Assembly: GCA_040954595.2 (NCBI GenBank) | Contig: CM082596.2 | Span: 6,894,791-6,958,790, forward strand | Source of the DNA: Balanoglossus misakiensis | Taxonomy: Eukaryota; Animalia; Hemichordata | Length of the DNA stretch: 64,000 bases | Direction: 5' to 3' | Made by a program: the position numbers and the translations under genes | Part shown: in pieces, positions 62,493 to 64,000 of the stretch | Position numbering within the stretch: position 1 is the first letter of the stretch | Layout: each line of letters opens with the position of its first letter | The notes under the pieces: model-generated | Databases searched by the model: none | What the model was told of the DNA's origin: nothing | The model's input: the letters and a program-made list of their open reading frames with translations, nothing else

Positions 62493-64000
62493 TCACCTCC
62501 TTATCGCACGCATTTTGTAATGTTTGGGTTGCAAGGTCAGATTGACCTGGCCCTCCAGATCCGGAAGTGGGCATTCCCTGTCGGGCTCCAGACTGTAGTT
62601 TTGCAGCACAGAGGTGAACATCAGGAACAGTTCCATTTTAGCCAGTTGTTCTCCAATGCAGTTGCGAGGCCCTGGAAAAGTGATAGAAAGAGTTGTTAGA
62701 ATTTCAGAAAATGCCGAATATCCGCGAATCAACTGAAGACTGTTAATTGACCATATGTACTTGTTCATTCACCAAGAAACAACCAACAAAAATATAAATG
62801 TATGGTGGTCGCGCTTTTTCATATGCAGCCCCTAAACTGTGGAACGCACTACCTCTTGACGTCAGGGAAACTTCAAACCAAGAAAAGTAAAAACTCGCAT
62901 GTTCACTGGAGCATACAGAACATACGGTTTACATTTGTTTGGGATTTTGGCACTATATATAAACTTTCTTAATTGATTGTTTCATATTGTCTGTGAAAGT
63001 TTGAGTTGCGTGAAGTACAGAAGTGCTGTAATTTATTATGATTCAGGCAGTTTTCAATATGTTTCATAATGACCGCATTCAACATTACTGATAAGATTCA
63101 TAAAAGTAGGTAAACCAAGGCAAAAGTATCTGCACCCCAAGGCTCGCTAACAATTGACTCATTAACTTGTTCATCTAATTTAGTCACCATTGTACTTATC
63201 ATTAGTACATGTGGTTTTAGCTGCTTGAAAATCAGGGAACATTCTCTTCTCTCACCTAGCCATGTAAAGTGTCTGTTTGGATAAAAATAGTTGCTGTACA
63301 CAGGTACTCACTGTATTGATTTTACTGATTATGTACATTGTTTATTCAGATCATGTTGGCAATAATGTATATTGTGCTTGAGACCAATATTTCTATCCTA
63401 TTAATATTAACTTGTCTACACATTCCTGTTATTGTCTGATAGTCAGTTGATGCTGTTAGTATTGCCCCTTGGATGTAAAAGCACGAAAATATTGCAAAAA
63501 GTGTTATACAGTGAGAATTAAATGAGTGTCTTATGTGGTAACATGCATTTTTAACCCTTTGTGCACAATATAAGTCAGAATTATTTATCAATCTTCAACT
63601 TTCTGACTCACATTAAATTGAAAATACACATCATTATGCAGGTTATGAGACTTTACCTGTACCAAAAGGGATGAACACCTCTGGCTTGACGACTTTGTCC
63701 TGCGAGTCAAGAAAGCGTGTGGGATCAAATGTCTCAGGATTTGACCACGACTCCGGATCGCGAAGAATGCTCCAAAGATTGGGCAACACCATGGTGTCTT
63801 TGGGGACGTCGTAACCGTACAACTGAGTGTCGTTGACGGTCCAGCGGGGCACGGAGAGCGGTACGGTGCTGGCCAGGCGCAAGACCTCGGTTACGGCGGC
63901 GTCCGTGTACGGCAGGTTGGGCCGGTCGGACATCTCCGGAAACCGGTCCCGCCCGACGACGCGGTCGATCTCCTCCTGGACTTTGAGCTGTACGCCCGGG
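62493..64000 (-). CDS. Cytochrome P450 clan 2, third paralog, 3' part only (exon >64000-63657, last exon 62671-62493)
   Basis: PGVQLKVQEEIDRVVG..MSDRPNLPYTDAAVTEVLRLASTVPLSVPR..FDPTRF..PFGTG|PRNCIGEQLAKMELFL. Same heme-motif intron and same 179-nt last exon as the gene at 51632-54028. Runs off the window edge. Confidence 0.92.
62770..62910 (+). mobile_element. Decayed LINE (L2/CR1-group) ORF2 C-terminal remnant in CYP intron
   Basis: From 62801 it translates YGGRAFSYAAPKLWNALPLDVRE, followed by a degenerate KTxxF. This is the typical GxRxFSxxAPxLWNxLP end of L2-like ORF2. Confidence 0.75.

Noticed and set aside
1-64000. CRISPR arrays, tRNA/rRNA genes, prokaryotic operons or defence systems
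   Set aside because: Intron-containing animal DNA; no repeat-spacer array, cloverleaf or rRNA-like segment recognised.

Overview
Eukaryotic (animal) genomic DNA with spliceosomal GT-AG introns. It looks like an invertebrate, plausibly a deuterostome, but the taxon cannot be fixed from sequence alone. The left half holds two 4-exon Wnt genes arranged head-to-head: Wnt6 (minus, 1542-15237, 350 aa) and Wnt10 (plus, 29013-33941, 349 aa), with about 13.8 kb of non-coding DNA between them. Just downstream of Wnt10 is a ~1.47 kb near-perfect palindrome. Next are three single-coding-exon GT32/DXD glycosyltransferase genes in a 2847-bp tandem duplication, where the middle copy is a 5'B/3'A chimera. 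The right part has three clan-2 cytochrome P450 genes (two complete with 3 exons, one partial), a 2-exon gene for a candidate 7TM ion channel / gustatory-receptor-like protein with an N-terminal CxxC...CxxC insert, and a 4-exon MS4A/CD20-like gene. Several MITEs (TTA TSD, 8-bp TSD, TA ends, piggyBac-like), a LINE remnant and microsatellites are also present. All exon models were assembled by hand from splice sites and phase arithmetic; no database searches were run.
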